Translations under genes and position numbers: made by a program | Shown: positions 37,197 to 46,398 of the stretch, piece after piece | How the letters are laid out: each line of letters begins with the position of its first letter | Numbering within the stretch: position 1 is the first letter of the stretch | Assembly: GCA_904419735.1 (NCBI GenBank) | Contig: CAJFSR010000014.1 | Span: 5,955 to 69,954, forward strand | Length of the DNA: 64,000 bases | From: Candidatus Neochristensenella gallicola | GTDB lineage: Bacteria > Bacillota > Clostridia > Christensenellales > QALW01 | Direction of reading: 5' to 3' | The notes under the pieces: model-generated | Databases searched by the model: none | Seen by the model: the letters and a program-made list of their open reading frames with translations, nothing else | Told to the model about the DNA's origin: nothing

Positions 37197-37921
37197 CATT
37201 CTCCTACGTTCCCGTGCATATTGTAAAGGCCCCAGGCATTGGGGGAAAAGCTGCTGACCTCTACGGTGGTACGGCGGTAAACGCCTGGCTGGGTTTCCAG
37301 GTTCTCCTGGCTGAAGTAATTATCCTCTATCATATAGGGATAAGTGCCATAATAGTTGGCTTCCTCTGCGCTGATGGAGGTTTCCGTGTTGAACGGGGTT
37401 GTCGTCCCTGCGCGGCAGGCATATTCCCATTCTGCCTCGGTGGGCAGGCGGTAGCCATTGGCACTGCGCTCCCAGCTCACGCTGGCGCCGTCAATGGTAT
37501 AGGCGGGGGTAAGTCCTTCCTGCTCGCTGCGGGCGTTGCAGTATGCAACCGCATCCAGCCAGGAGATATTTTCCACCGGCAGATTTTCGCCGGAAAAGCT
37601 GCTGGGGTTATTGCCCATTACATTCTGGTATTCCTGCTGTGTCACCTCATAGGCGCTCATATAGAAATCATCGACCGTGACAGAGTGCTGTATTTCATCA
37701 TTGCTCCGCCAGGCCTCGCTGTCCGGGCTTCCCATATTAAAAGTCCCTCCGGTAATCAGCAGAAAGCCTTCGGGTACTTCAATTTCTTCGGTGACATCTG
37801 CGCCGGCGGAGGGCTGCCCCTGCGCCCATTCGGAGGGCTCCGATTCAGGAGCTTGGAAACCGCAGGCCGATAAAGAAACAGCCATTATGCCGGCCAGCAA
37901 TATGATAATCCATCGTTTCAT
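37100..37921 (-). pseudogene. FGE-sulfatase (SUMF1) domain lipoprotein, 3'-truncated
   Basis: The start at 37921 (MKRWIIILLAGIMAVSLSACG) has GAGGTG upstream. Shows domain blocks RLPTEAEWEYACRAG and NAWGLYNMHGNVGEWV. As I recall this domain, roughly 60-80 further residues (an RGGSW-type block and a GFR-type block) should follow but are absent. Instead the tail after about 37196 is antisense ABC sequence. Confidence 0.7.
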
Positions 37922-37931
37922 GCTTTCACCT

Positions 37932-38972
37932 CTAATCGTCAATGCTTACCAGCTTGTATGTCCGGCTGCCCAGGCCGATTTCGCCGGCGTGTTCCAGCGT
38001 CAGAAGGCCGTTGCGGCTTTCAATACGCTGGATTAGGGAAGCGCCGTCTTGGGCAGAATATACTAAATCAACACACGCCTGATCCAGCGCCACCGGGTCA
38101 AAGGAAGCCAGAATGCCAATATCGTGCATATCAGGCTCGGCCGGGCTGCCGTCGCAGTCGCAGTCCACTGAGAGCCGGTTCATGACGTTGATATACAATA
38201 TCCGCCCGTCCATGTAGTCGCTCACCGACTTTGCCGCTTCAGCCATGGATTCCAAAAAAGCGTCCTGATCGCCGCCCCACATGCTGCCGCCCGTCCCGCC
38301 GGAGTGGATGTGGGCCTTTCCGTCAGAGGAGGCAATGCCGATGGAGGTATTCTTGATGGCCCCGCCGAAGCCTGCCATGGAATGTCCCTTAAAATGTGAA
38401 AGAACTATATAATAATTGTAATTGGCGAAGTTTGCGCCCACATAGTTTTCCGTAAGGCGGGTGCCGCCGGTAACAGGTAAGGTCATGGAACCGTTTGCGT
38501 CCATGATATCCACATCCGCAATGGCGGTATAACCGTGATCCTCCGCCACCTGGAGATGATAAGCGGTATTGGCCCGCTGGCCGCCGTAAGCGGTATTGCA
38601 TTCTACAATGGTGCCCTTCACCGACTGTACCAGATCCCTGATAAGCTCCGGCCGCAGATAATTGCTGCCCGGCTCTCCCGTGCTGATTTTGACGGCGATA
38701 TTTCCCTCCGGGAGCTCGGCACCCAGCGCCTCGTAGACAGCCATCAACCCTTGGGAGGAAATATCGACGGTCATGTATACAATGGGCGCTCCGCCGGGGA
38801 TTTCCCCCGATGGGGCGGTTCCGCCCGCTGATGACTGCTGGGGTCCTAAGGAGGACGAACTGGAGCCGGCTGCTCCGCTTATGGATGCAGCAGGCGCCTG
38901 CCCGGATGTGCATCCTGCTGATATTCCCATGCATAACAGAATTGAAAAACAGAGAGAAAATAGCTTTTTCAT
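37932..38972 (-). CDS. DUF362-like lipoprotein
   Basis: Lipobox ISAGC with a Ser-rich linker. Blocks HFKGHSMAGFGGAIKN, RLSVDCDCDG and ASFDPVALDQACVDL recall DUF362. This assignment is from memory of the family only. Confidence 0.6.
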   Translation of the reverse strand: MKKLFSLCFSILLCMGISAGCTSGQAPAASISGAAGSSSSSLGPQQSSAGGTAPSGEIPGGAPIVYMTVDISSQGLMAVYEALGAELPEGNIAVKISTGEPGSNYLRPELIRDLVQSVKGTIVECNTAYGGQRANTAYHLQVAEDHGYTAIADVDIMDANGSMTLPVTGGTRLTENYVGANFANYNYYIVLSHFKGHSMAGFGGAIKNTSIGIASSDGKAHIHSGGTGGSMWGGDQDAFLESMAEAAKSVSDYMDGRILYINVMNRLSVDCDCDGSPAEPDMHDIGILASFDPVALDQACVDLVYSAQDGASLIQRIESRNGLLTLEHAGEIGLGSRTYKLVSIDD

Positions 38973-39104
38973 TGGAACCTCCTTATATTTTATTATGCTT
39001 TTATAAAACGCCGAAGCGTCCCCGATGTCGGGGTCTGCGCCCTGGGCGCCGCCTGGCCGTTCCCAGGCTCAGGCAGTCCCGGACGGTATAACATTCTTCA
39101 GCCC

Positions 39105-39791
39105 TTATTTATGCTTTTTTCCTGACAGCTTTTTTAGCAGTCTGGAAATATAATGAGCCAGGAAAACGAAGGTACCCGTCATGGCCAGATAGTCCAAATA
39201 GAAAAGAGGTACGGATTCGCCGAAATCCAGGAATACGAACTGTGTTTGCAGCAGCATATAGGTAAGGAAATCGCGCTGAATAAATACCGTAAAGCCATAG
39301 ACGGCGATTCCCGCGCCCAGGACGGGCAGCAGAACCTTCCGCAGGCGGGAGGGGGACCGCAGCTTCAGTGCTTTTCCGGCCATACCCATGAACATGCCCC
39401 AATGCAGGCCCAAATGCAGCGCCATCAGGACAAAGCCCCAATGGGAGGCCGCCATATGCAGCAGGCGTGCAAAGGACATGCCGCCCCGGATGCCTAAAAA
39501 TGTAAAGACGCGGCTGGACAGCATAATCCCGCTGACCATCAGGCCGAGCATGGCGAGGAATACCAGTATGTCAACTATCAGCTGAAAAATGCGGAACGGC
39601 GTGTATTTGCCCTTAAAAAGGGATTCGTACCAGTTCCCGTTAAGGATATGATGCAAAATAAACAGGAGGAACATACCGGCTCCCGCCCATTCGTGGGCGG
39701 CGTCGCCCCAGAACTGGTACCCCATCAGAAACAGCAGGGCCAGCGTCATCAGAATGTCTATCGCGGTTTTTATAATAGCTTTGGGCTTCAC
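39105..39791 (-). CDS. DUF4405-like polytopic membrane protein with conserved His residues
   Basis: 228 aa with about 6 hydrophobic helices. His-containing motifs include [21 protein letters not shown] and [20 protein letters not shown]. Confidence 0.6.
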   Translation of the reverse strand: MKPKAIIKTAIDILMTLALLFLMGYQFWGDAAHEWAGAGMFLLFILHHILNGNWYESLFKGKYTPFRIFQLIVDILVFLAMLGLMVSGIMLSSRVFTFLGIRGGMSFARLLHMAASHWGFVLMALHLGLHWGMFMGMAGKALKLRSPSRLRKVLLPVLGAGIAVYGFTVFIQRDFLTYMLLQTQFVFLDFGESVPLFYLDYLAMTGTFVFLAHYISRLLKKLSGKKHK

Positions 39792-39816
39792 GGGTTATTC
39801 CTCCTTTCCTTTATAA

Positions 39817-40506
39817 TCAATCCAGCTCCAGGCCGGCTATCCAATCGGCTATGTCTTCTCTGGTCCCGGACACGCGGCTGCCGGACACATGAAGTCCCGT
39901 TAAGATTGCGGCTCCTGGCGCGCTGCTTGGGAGCTTGTCCAGGCTGCGGCCAAAGGCGCTGCCGCCGCTGGTGCAGAAGGGGACGAGGGTCTTGCCCTCC
40001 CAATTATAAGCTTCCAGGAACGAGTAGATAAGCATGGGCGCGTCGTTCCACCAGTTGGGGTATCCCACAAATACGACGTCGTAGCTGTCCCAGTTTTCCA
40101 CTGAATTGGCCAGCTCCGGCCGTGCGTTGTCCGCCTGCTCCTGCTGTGCAATGTCGAGGAGCTGGTTGTAATCGTCTGTGTACGGGGTGGCAGGTTCAAT
40201 TTCAAACAGGGTGCCGCCCGTTTCGGCTTGGATCATCTGCGCCATCTGCTGGGTATTGCCCGACCAGGAAAAGTAAGCGATGAGTATTCCGCACGTTCCG
40301 GCCGCGGGGAGTGTTGCTTCTGCGGACGGTTCAGAACCGGAAGGCGTTTGCGGGGACGGTGTTTCAGAGGCCTGCGCGGACGGCCCGGAGAGCTGGGAAG
40401 AAGGCCGGGAGGAGCCATTGCCGCCCGAAGAGGTGTTTTCGCCGCCGCAGGCAGTCAGGGACAAGACCAGTGCCATGGACAGCAGAAGAGGTAATAATTT
40501 TTTCAT
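39817..40506 (-). CDS. flavodoxin-like lipoprotein (paralogue of 27750-28421)
   Basis: Start at 40506 (MKKLLPLLLSMALVLSLTACGG). A Ser/Pro linker precedes a flavodoxin-type core (ILIAYFSWSGNTQQMAQMI ... PFCTSGGSAFG). Confidence 0.75.
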   Translation of the reverse strand: MKKLLPLLLSMALVLSLTACGGENTSSGGNGSSRPSSQLSGPSAQASETPSPQTPSGSEPSAEATLPAAGTCGILIAYFSWSGNTQQMAQMIQAETGGTLFEIEPATPYTDDYNQLLDIAQQEQADNARPELANSVENWDSYDVVFVGYPNWWNDAPMLIYSFLEAYNWEGKTLVPFCTSGGSAFGRSLDKLPSSAPGAAILTGLHVSGSRVSGTREDIADWIAGLELD

Positions 40507-40526
40507 TTTGACCATTCCTTTCTTTA

Positions 40527-40853
40527 TTGTCAGCGAGCAGGGTATAATGCGGTTTAAAACAGCTTAATTTTCCTTCCTGCTGTGCTGTTTTTTCTCAATA
40601 CACGCCAGGTACAGCCGTGTATGTACCTTGCAGGGACGCAAATTCAACCGTTTTTGACTCTGCGGCCCCGGCCCATGGAAAATTGCCCGCTTCCAAGGCA
40701 GACGAGGGAGGCCCAGAGGCGCGCCCGCTGATCGGGGATAACGCCGAAAAGCATACCGGCCTGGGATAGCGCATAAAAGTACAACAACCGGGGTCAGCGC
40801 AGAAAACGGGCGAAATTTCGGGCTGCGGCGCATTATTCCCTGTACGCTTAACT
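40527..40853 (+). mobile_element. MITE family A, diverged subfamily, copy A7 (about 327 bp, ends approximate)
   Basis: TA|TTGTCAGCGAGCAGGGTATAATGCGGTTTAAAACAGC ... CAGAAAACGGGCGAAATTTCGGGCTGCGGCGCATTATTCCCTGTACGC. Collinear with 16204-16471 and shares AAGGCAGACGAGGGA and GGGGATAACGCCGAAAAG with the main family. Confidence 0.6.
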
Positions 40854-40893
40854 TTATTTATTTGCTAAAATGCAGCCGCACTGCTGCATAGCT

Positions 40894-41487
40894 TTATTTG
40901 TACGGGAGGGGCGGGTTCCATTTGCGTATTTTGCAGGGATTCCCGCAGGCAACGGCGTTATCCGGAATTGATTGGGTTACTACGCTTCCCGCGCCGATGA
41001 CCGCATTGTCTCCAATGATAACGCCGGGAAGAATGACGCTTCCGCCGCCAATCCAGGTGAAGCTGCCAATTTTAACCGGCGCCGTCTGCGTCTTTACCGC
41101 GGCAGTGCCGTCCTCTTCCAGCCAAAAGCGCTCGGCTCCGTCTAAAGCATGGACAGCCGTATAGATTTTAACATCCGGGCCGATCAGGGTATTTTCCCCA
41201 ATGATTATGGGTGCGGTGTCCAGCAGAGTACAGTGCATATTAATAAAGCTGTTGTCCGCAAGCTGTATGTTATATCCGTAGTCCACATAGACCGGCTGAT
41301 TCACGCGGGCGTTTTTCCCCAAGCGTCCGAACAGCTCGGATAAGACCCGGCTGCGTTCTTTAATATCTTCGGCAGGCAGGGAGTTATAGGTAATTGCCAG
41401 ATTTTTGGCCCGGCTCTGCTGTTTTCTTAGCTCAGGGTCACGGGCGTCGTAAATCTGCCCGTTTTGCTTCTTTTCAAATTCGGTCAT
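40894..41487 (-). CDS. sugar (maltose/galactoside-type) O-acetyltransferase, left-handed beta-helix
   Basis: The start at 41487 has AGGAG upstream. Shows an N-terminal Mac-type region (MTEFEKKQNGQIYDARDPEL) and hexapeptide repeats (IGDNAVIGAGSVV). Confidence 0.85.
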   Translation of the reverse strand: MTEFEKKQNGQIYDARDPELRKQQSRAKNLAITYNSLPAEDIKERSRVLSELFGRLGKNARVNQPVYVDYGYNIQLADNSFINMHCTLLDTAPIIIGENTLIGPDVKIYTAVHALDGAERFWLEEDGTAAVKTQTAPVKIGSFTWIGGGSVILPGVIIGDNAVIGAGSVVTQSIPDNAVACGNPCKIRKWNPPLPYK

Positions 41488-41522
41488 CACTCTTGCTCCT
41501 TTGCCTATGGGCCGCGAGCCGC

Positions 41523-42059
41523 TCACTGCAGCCGGTTTCCCAGATTATACGCCTGCTGAGGAAATTTGGAGTGCCGTGTCATGGAGGGGGTTCCGCAGCC
41601 GGCGCCCAGCACCATCCCCATATCCGTCAGGTTCAGATAGCGCACCAATGTTTTGTAGTGTGATTCCAGTGCTTCAAAGGTCCAGTCATCGCTGTTCCAA
41701 GCCGCGGCCAGCAGGGCGGATTTCATATGCCTGCGCTGGACAGAGCTGTTGAAGGCGCAGAAGCGGTCAATTAAGACCTTCAGCTGGGCGGACATTCCAT
41801 AATAGTACAGGGGTGTGGCAAACACCAGCATGTCCGCCTCAAGGATTTTGGGACGGATCCGGTCCATTTCATCCTTCTGTACGCAGGGCCCTTCGTATCC
41901 GCAGTGGATGCAGCCGGTGCAGGGATGAATGTCGGCGTGGGCGGCGTCTATGATTTCCACCGTGTGGCCGGCTTCCTCCGCTCCCTGCTTAAAGCAGTCT
42001 GCCAGCAGGTTGGAGGAGCCCTTTCTGTTGGGACTGCCCTCTAAAATAATAATTTTCAT
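41523..42059 (-). CDS. flavodoxin-fold NAD(P)H-dependent FMN reductase / iron-sulfur flavoprotein-like
   Basis: MKIIILEGSPNRKGSSN plus a Cys cluster CTGCIHCGYEGPC. Confidence 0.72.
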   Translation of the reverse strand: MKIIILEGSPNRKGSSNLLADCFKQGAEEAGHTVEIIDAAHADIHPCTGCIHCGYEGPCVQKDEMDRIRPKILEADMLVFATPLYYYGMSAQLKVLIDRFCAFNSSVQRRHMKSALLAAAWNSDDWTFEALESHYKTLVRYLNLTDMGMVLGAGCGTPSMTRHSKFPQQAYNLGNRLQ

Positions 42060-42307
42060 TGCATGTTCCTCCTTGTAAATATATAACTGCGGTTGCCCTG
42101 CGGTGGATTTCGGTACATTTCTTTGAACGGCCCTCTGCCTGAACCGCCTTTTCCGGCTTATACAGCGCGGAATTTACGCTGTAATTGCCGTAAACCATCA
42201 TTGCGCTTCTTCAAAATGATTTTCTGTTTTTATTATAGCGGGGGCGGTGGGCAATGTCTAATGCCTATATTTTATCTTTTTCCATGCATTTTTTTTATGA
42301 ATGATGC

Positions 42308-42343
42308 AAAAAAGCCCCTCCGGGGCAACAACCCTGGAGGGGC
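42308..42343 (-). terminator. intrinsic terminator (minus strand)
   Basis: On the minus strand: GCCCCTCC-N14-GGAGGGGC followed by TTTTTT. Lies about 275 nt downstream of the LysR stop. Confidence 0.5.
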
Positions 42344-42618
42344 GGCAGACTGCCGATAAACCTGAAATCTAACTTTTTGCGGCGTTTAGCTTCATTTTGT
42401 TTTCCGCCGGCAGGTGCTGCGGGGAAACTTCTTGATAAGCGGAAAATGCTTTATAAGCGGTTTTCCAAGGGAACTGGGGTATTGGCGAGATAGAGGTAGG
42501 TTCGGAAAGCTTTGATTTCTGAGCAAAGGGCATTTCCGAATAAAAGCGTGCCGGCTTTTTTGACATGCTCAAGCCTCTCCAGTGCTTATAATCCCTGGAG
42601 GAGCTGCTAAAACAATAT

Positions 42619-43506
42619 TTATTCCATTCTGGCGCGCAGCATATTGATTTCCTGAATAAACAGAGAGGTGGCGGGGGAAAACAGGTGATTTTTCTTCCAG
42701 ATCAGCACGCTGCGAGTCGTGTGTTCGGGGTGGATGGGGATAAACCGCAGATGCGGGCTGCTGTGGATTGCCAAAGCGCCGTCCAGGCAAAACGCGCATC
42801 CCAGGCCTTCCTCTACCAGCAATGCGGCGTTGGACAGGAGCGTATAGCTGAGCGGGGTAGTTAGATCCTTTTCTTCCCGCTTCAGCCAGTTCAGGATTTC
42901 CGCGCGCACCCTCTCGCGCAGCGGGAGAATAAGAGGATATGCCGCTATCTCCTCCGGCATTATAAATTCCCGGCCGGCCAGAGGGTGATCATCCCGCATA
43001 AGGATTCCCCAGGTCTCCTTTTGGGAAAGGCGGATAAAGTCATATTTTGCTGTATCTACCGGTTCCAGCAGCAGGCCTACATCCACCAGCCCTTTATCCA
43101 GCCGGTCTTTGATATTGTCGGCCGTTTCGTTATACAGATGAAACTCAACCAGAGGATATTTTTCGGAAAATTGTTTTATAAGCTTGGCAAACAGGCGGCT
43201 CCCCACCGCTTCGGAGGCCCCTATGGCAACCAGCCCGCTGACGTCGGCATTCCGCTCCGCAAAAGCCTGTTCCAGCCGGTCTGCCAGCTCTACAATTTCT
43301 TCAGCACGCTGGCGGAAGAAGATGCCCTCGTCAGTCAGGGTCAATCCATGCTTGCCGCGGAGCATCAGCGTCGTGCCCAATTCCTTCTCCAGATCCATTA
43401 TCTGCCGGCTCAGAGTGGGCTGCGTTATGTGAAGGATATCCGCGGCCCTTGAGATGTTCGCCTCCTGCGCTGCCGCTAAAAAATAACGAAGTGTGCGTAA
43501 CTCCAT
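42619..43506 (-). CDS. LysR family transcriptional regulator
   Basis: Start at 43506 (MELRTLRYFLAAAQEANISRAADILHITQPTLSRQI), followed by a LysR effector domain. Confidence 0.88.
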   Translation of the reverse strand: MELRTLRYFLAAAQEANISRAADILHITQPTLSRQIMDLEKELGTTLMLRGKHGLTLTDEGIFFRQRAEEIVELADRLEQAFAERNADVSGLVAIGASEAVGSRLFAKLIKQFSEKYPLVEFHLYNETADNIKDRLDKGLVDVGLLLEPVDTAKYDFIRLSQKETWGILMRDDHPLAGREFIMPEEIAAYPLILPLRERVRAEILNWLKREEKDLTTPLSYTLLSNAALLVEEGLGCAFCLDGALAIHSSPHLRFIPIHPEHTTRSVLIWKKNHLFSPATSLFIQEINMLRARME

Positions 43507-44126
43507 TCCCCAAACCTCTTTCTCATTGGTTTTCGCTATAATAGCACATCTATACAAAAAATGCAATAAACCGTATGAACCATACGTTAAATTTATGACG
43601 CTGCATATGAGGTAAACATGAAAGCTGCCGCGCCGTTAATTTAGGCAAAGGCGCTGAGCGTTAATTGTTAGAAGGGGCAAAGCTGCGGCAGGAGCAGGCA
43701 AGAGCCCGCTGCGGAGTTATGCATATTTATATGTCAGCGGCAAACGCCGGTTAAATATAAGACGGACGGCCGCAGTAAAATTCGTTTAATTTCAGCACGG
43801 TCAAACTGCGCTTTATCCATTCGTGAGCTGTCATACGGTGCGGGCGGCTCAACAAACAATGCATGAATAATTTTATTTTTATTCCATGGGGTATGCCAGC
43901 GCCGCCGCGCCGGCCAGGAACGGGCCGCTGCCGGAATACTTGCAGGCGGGGCGGCTGGATGGACAATAGGGGATTTACAGGCGGCCATGAACCATTATCT
44001 GAATCTGGCCGACAGGCTGAACGAAAACGGGCGGAAAGTGCTGAAGAAGCTTTATCAGATAGACAAATTTTTATTTTTAATGATATTTTAGGCGCGCGCT
44101 TGGAAAATGATTAAAGCGGCATTGAC

Positions 44127-44176
44127 GAGAAAAACCAGAGCCGTTTGACGCAATGAACATCAAATGGCTCTGGTTT
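44127..44176 (-). terminator. intrinsic terminator of the GGGtGRT operon
   Basis: AACCAGAGCC-N23-GGCTCTGGTT with a T-run on the minus strand, 33 nt after the stop at 44209. Confidence 0.65.
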
Positions 44177-44208
44177 GTGAAAACTCTTATTTATTGCGGT
44201 ATTTCAGC

Positions 44209-45207
44209 TTATTTGCCCGCTTCTTCCACCGCCACGGCGCAGGCCACGGTAGCGCCGACCATGGGGTTGTTGCCCATGCCAATAAGCCCCATCATTTCAA
44301 CGTGCGCAGGCACGGAGGAGGAGCCGGCAAACTGTGCGTCAGAATGCATGCGGCCCATGGTGTCGGTCATGCCGTAGCTGGCAGGGCCGGCGGCCATATT
44401 GTCGGGATGCAGCGTGCGGCCCGTGCCGCCTCCGCTTGCAACTGAGAAATACTTTTTGCCGTTTTCCACGGCCCATTTTTTATATGTGCCCGCAACGGGA
44501 TGCTGGAAGCGGGTGGGGTTGGTGGAATTGCCCGTAATGGAAACATCCACGCCCTCTTTAATCATTATTGCCACGCCCTCTGAAACGTCGTCCGCGCCGT
44601 AAACCTTAACTTTTGCGCGGTCCCCGTCTGAAAATGCCTTCTCGCTTATGACCTTTAATTCGCCGGTGGAATAATCATAGGCGGTTTCAACAGAGGTAAA
44701 GCCGTTAATGCGGCTGATTATATAGGCGGCGTCCTTGCCCAGGCCGTTAAGGATTACCCTAAGAGGATTCTTGCGCACCTTGTTGGCCGTTTTGGCAATG
44801 CCTATAGCGCCTTCAGCGGCGGCAAAGGATTCGTGTCCCGCCAGGAAGCAGAAACAGCTTGTCTCTTCTCTAAGGAGCATAGCGCCTAAATTACCGTGGC
44901 CCAGACCAACGCTGCGCTGATCCGCTACCGAGCCGGGTATGCAGAAGGCCTGAAGCCCAATGCCTATGGCTTCGGCGGCTTCAGCGGCTGTTTTGCAGCC
45001 TTTTTTAAGAGCTATGGCCGAACCCAGTGTATAGGCCCAAACGGCATTTTCAAAGGCTATGGGCTGTATGGAACGGACTATCTGCTCCGCGTCCACTCCT
45101 TTTTCCAGGGCGTAAGCCTTTACCTGCTCTAAATCGGAAAAGCCATACTGGGCGAGACATTTGTTTATTTTGTCTATACGTCTTTCATATCCTTCAAAGG
45201 TTATCAT
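44209..45207 (-). CDS. GGGtGRT family protein (function unknown)
   Basis: 332 aa containing the eponymous motif in VASGGGTGRTLHPDNM. Confidence 0.8.
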   Translation of the reverse strand: MITFEGYERRIDKINKCLAQYGFSDLEQVKAYALEKGVDAEQIVRSIQPIAFENAVWAYTLGSAIALKKGCKTAAEAAEAIGIGLQAFCIPGSVADQRSVGLGHGNLGAMLLREETSCFCFLAGHESFAAAEGAIGIAKTANKVRKNPLRVILNGLGKDAAYIISRINGFTSVETAYDYSTGELKVISEKAFSDGDRAKVKVYGADDVSEGVAIMIKEGVDVSITGNSTNPTRFQHPVAGTYKKWAVENGKKYFSVASGGGTGRTLHPDNMAAGPASYGMTDTMGRMHSDAQFAGSSSVPAHVEMMGLIGMGNNPMVGATVACAVAVEEAGK

Positions 45208-45221
45208 ATTCCGCGTCCCTC

Positions 45222-45914
45222 CTATTGCTTTCTGGGATCGATTACCTTAACTGCTTCATTAAAGCGGCCGTAGGTACCGATAAATTTATTGTACGCTTCA
45301 TTAGGCTCCATGCCTTTTTTGATAGCCTCCATCATCTTGCCCAGATGAACGAATTTATAGCCGATTACTTCGTCATTTTTATCCAGGCCCATTTCCAGGA
45401 TGTAGCCCTCGGCCATTTCCAGATAACGCACGCCTTTTTTGTGGGTGGAGAACATGGTGCCCACCTGGGAACGCAGGCCTTTGCCTAAATCTTCAAGTCC
45501 TGCGCCTACGGGCAGCCCGTTTTCGGAAAAGGCAGTCTGAGTGCGGCCGTAAACAATCTGCAGGAATAATTCGCGCATCGCTACGTTGATAGCATCGCAG
45601 ACAAGGTCGGTATTGAGCGCTTCAAGAATGGTCTTGCCGCTTAATACTTCAGCGGCCATGGCGGCAGAATGGGTCATGCCTGAACAGCCCAGGGTTTCCA
45701 CAAGCGCTTCTTCAATTATGCCGTTTTTGACGTTAAGGGTAAGCTTGCAGGCGCCCTGCTGAGGCGCGCACCAGCCAACTCCGTGGGTAAGTCCGCTTAT
45801 ATCGGTTATTTCCTTGGCGTATACCCACTTTCCTTCTTCAGGAATAGGAGCGGGATTATGCTTGGCGCCCTTGGCAACGCATATCATCTGCTCTACCTCG
45901 TGAGAGTATTGCAT
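45222..45914 (-). CDS. IscU/NifU-N-like protein with a C-terminal extension
   Basis: GVGWCAPQQGACKLTLNVKNGIIEEALVETLGCSGMTHSAAMAAEVLSGKTILEAL has the spacing of the IscU scaffold Cys motifs. An extra domain of about 100 aa follows. Confidence 0.55.
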   Translation of the reverse strand: MQYSHEVEQMICVAKGAKHNPAPIPEEGKWVYAKEITDISGLTHGVGWCAPQQGACKLTLNVKNGIIEEALVETLGCSGMTHSAAMAAEVLSGKTILEALNTDLVCDAINVAMRELFLQIVYGRTQTAFSENGLPVGAGLEDLGKGLRSQVGTMFSTHKKGVRYLEMAEGYILEMGLDKNDEVIGYKFVHLGKMMEAIKKGMEPNEAYNKFIGTYGRFNEAVKVIDPRKQ

Positions 45915-46120
45915 AGACGAGATTCCTCCTTTGTTTATTTCTTTATGCTTTTTACGCCGTTAAGTTTACCACAGGTCGGCTAAATTGTAAACCGAAACGG
46001 GGAGGGGAGACGGATGTTATATTTTCTCATAAAATGTTATTAATTTTCACTAAATGGATTTTGAGATAGCTGTATCTTGCAAAGTTTATTAAAAAAATAT
46101 CTATATTTTACCGATTTATC

Positions 46121-46149
46121 TTGACAACGGGTATGCCAGCCTTTATTAT
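46121..46149 (+). promoter_or_regulatory. candidate sigma-70 type promoter of hppA
   Basis: TTGACA (46121-46126), a 17-nt spacer, then TATTAT (46144-46149). Implies a leader of about 240 nt. Confidence 0.45.
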
Positions 46150-46398
46150 ATTAATATACGCAGGGCACGGCTTTGCTTTGGACGTCCAGCCTGCAAAAAT
46201 AAACGCTGCTGCGTTTTTGTTCCGCATGCGGGCATTGCGGCTGAACAGAAGGCGAAAGGCATTTGCAAGAGGGGCGCGCTTAAGCCCTGTTTAATTTGCC
46301 TGATATTTTAACATGGCGTTCATAATGCAATTTTAAGCTTGCTTTTCCTGCAAAAAACGTATCTGTCCATAAAAATTTATTATGAGGTGAAAAAAGTC

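Noticed and set aside
38389-38934. Alternative-frame ORFs inside the DUF362, flavodoxin and DUF4405 genes (for example 38389-38934, 39900-40205 and 39109-39441)
   Set aside because: They are Arg/Gly/Pro-rich out-of-frame translations nested in genes whose primary frames carry signal peptides and recognisable domains.
38990-39095. GC-rich run of three small hairpins between the DUF362 and DUF4405 genes (and a long GC hairpin at 27598-27645) as further cloverleaf copies
   Set aside because: They show no sequence similarity to the four-copy family, no long closing stem and no conserved CGGCGTT/AACGCCG junction. They are probably just intercistronic GC-rich structure.
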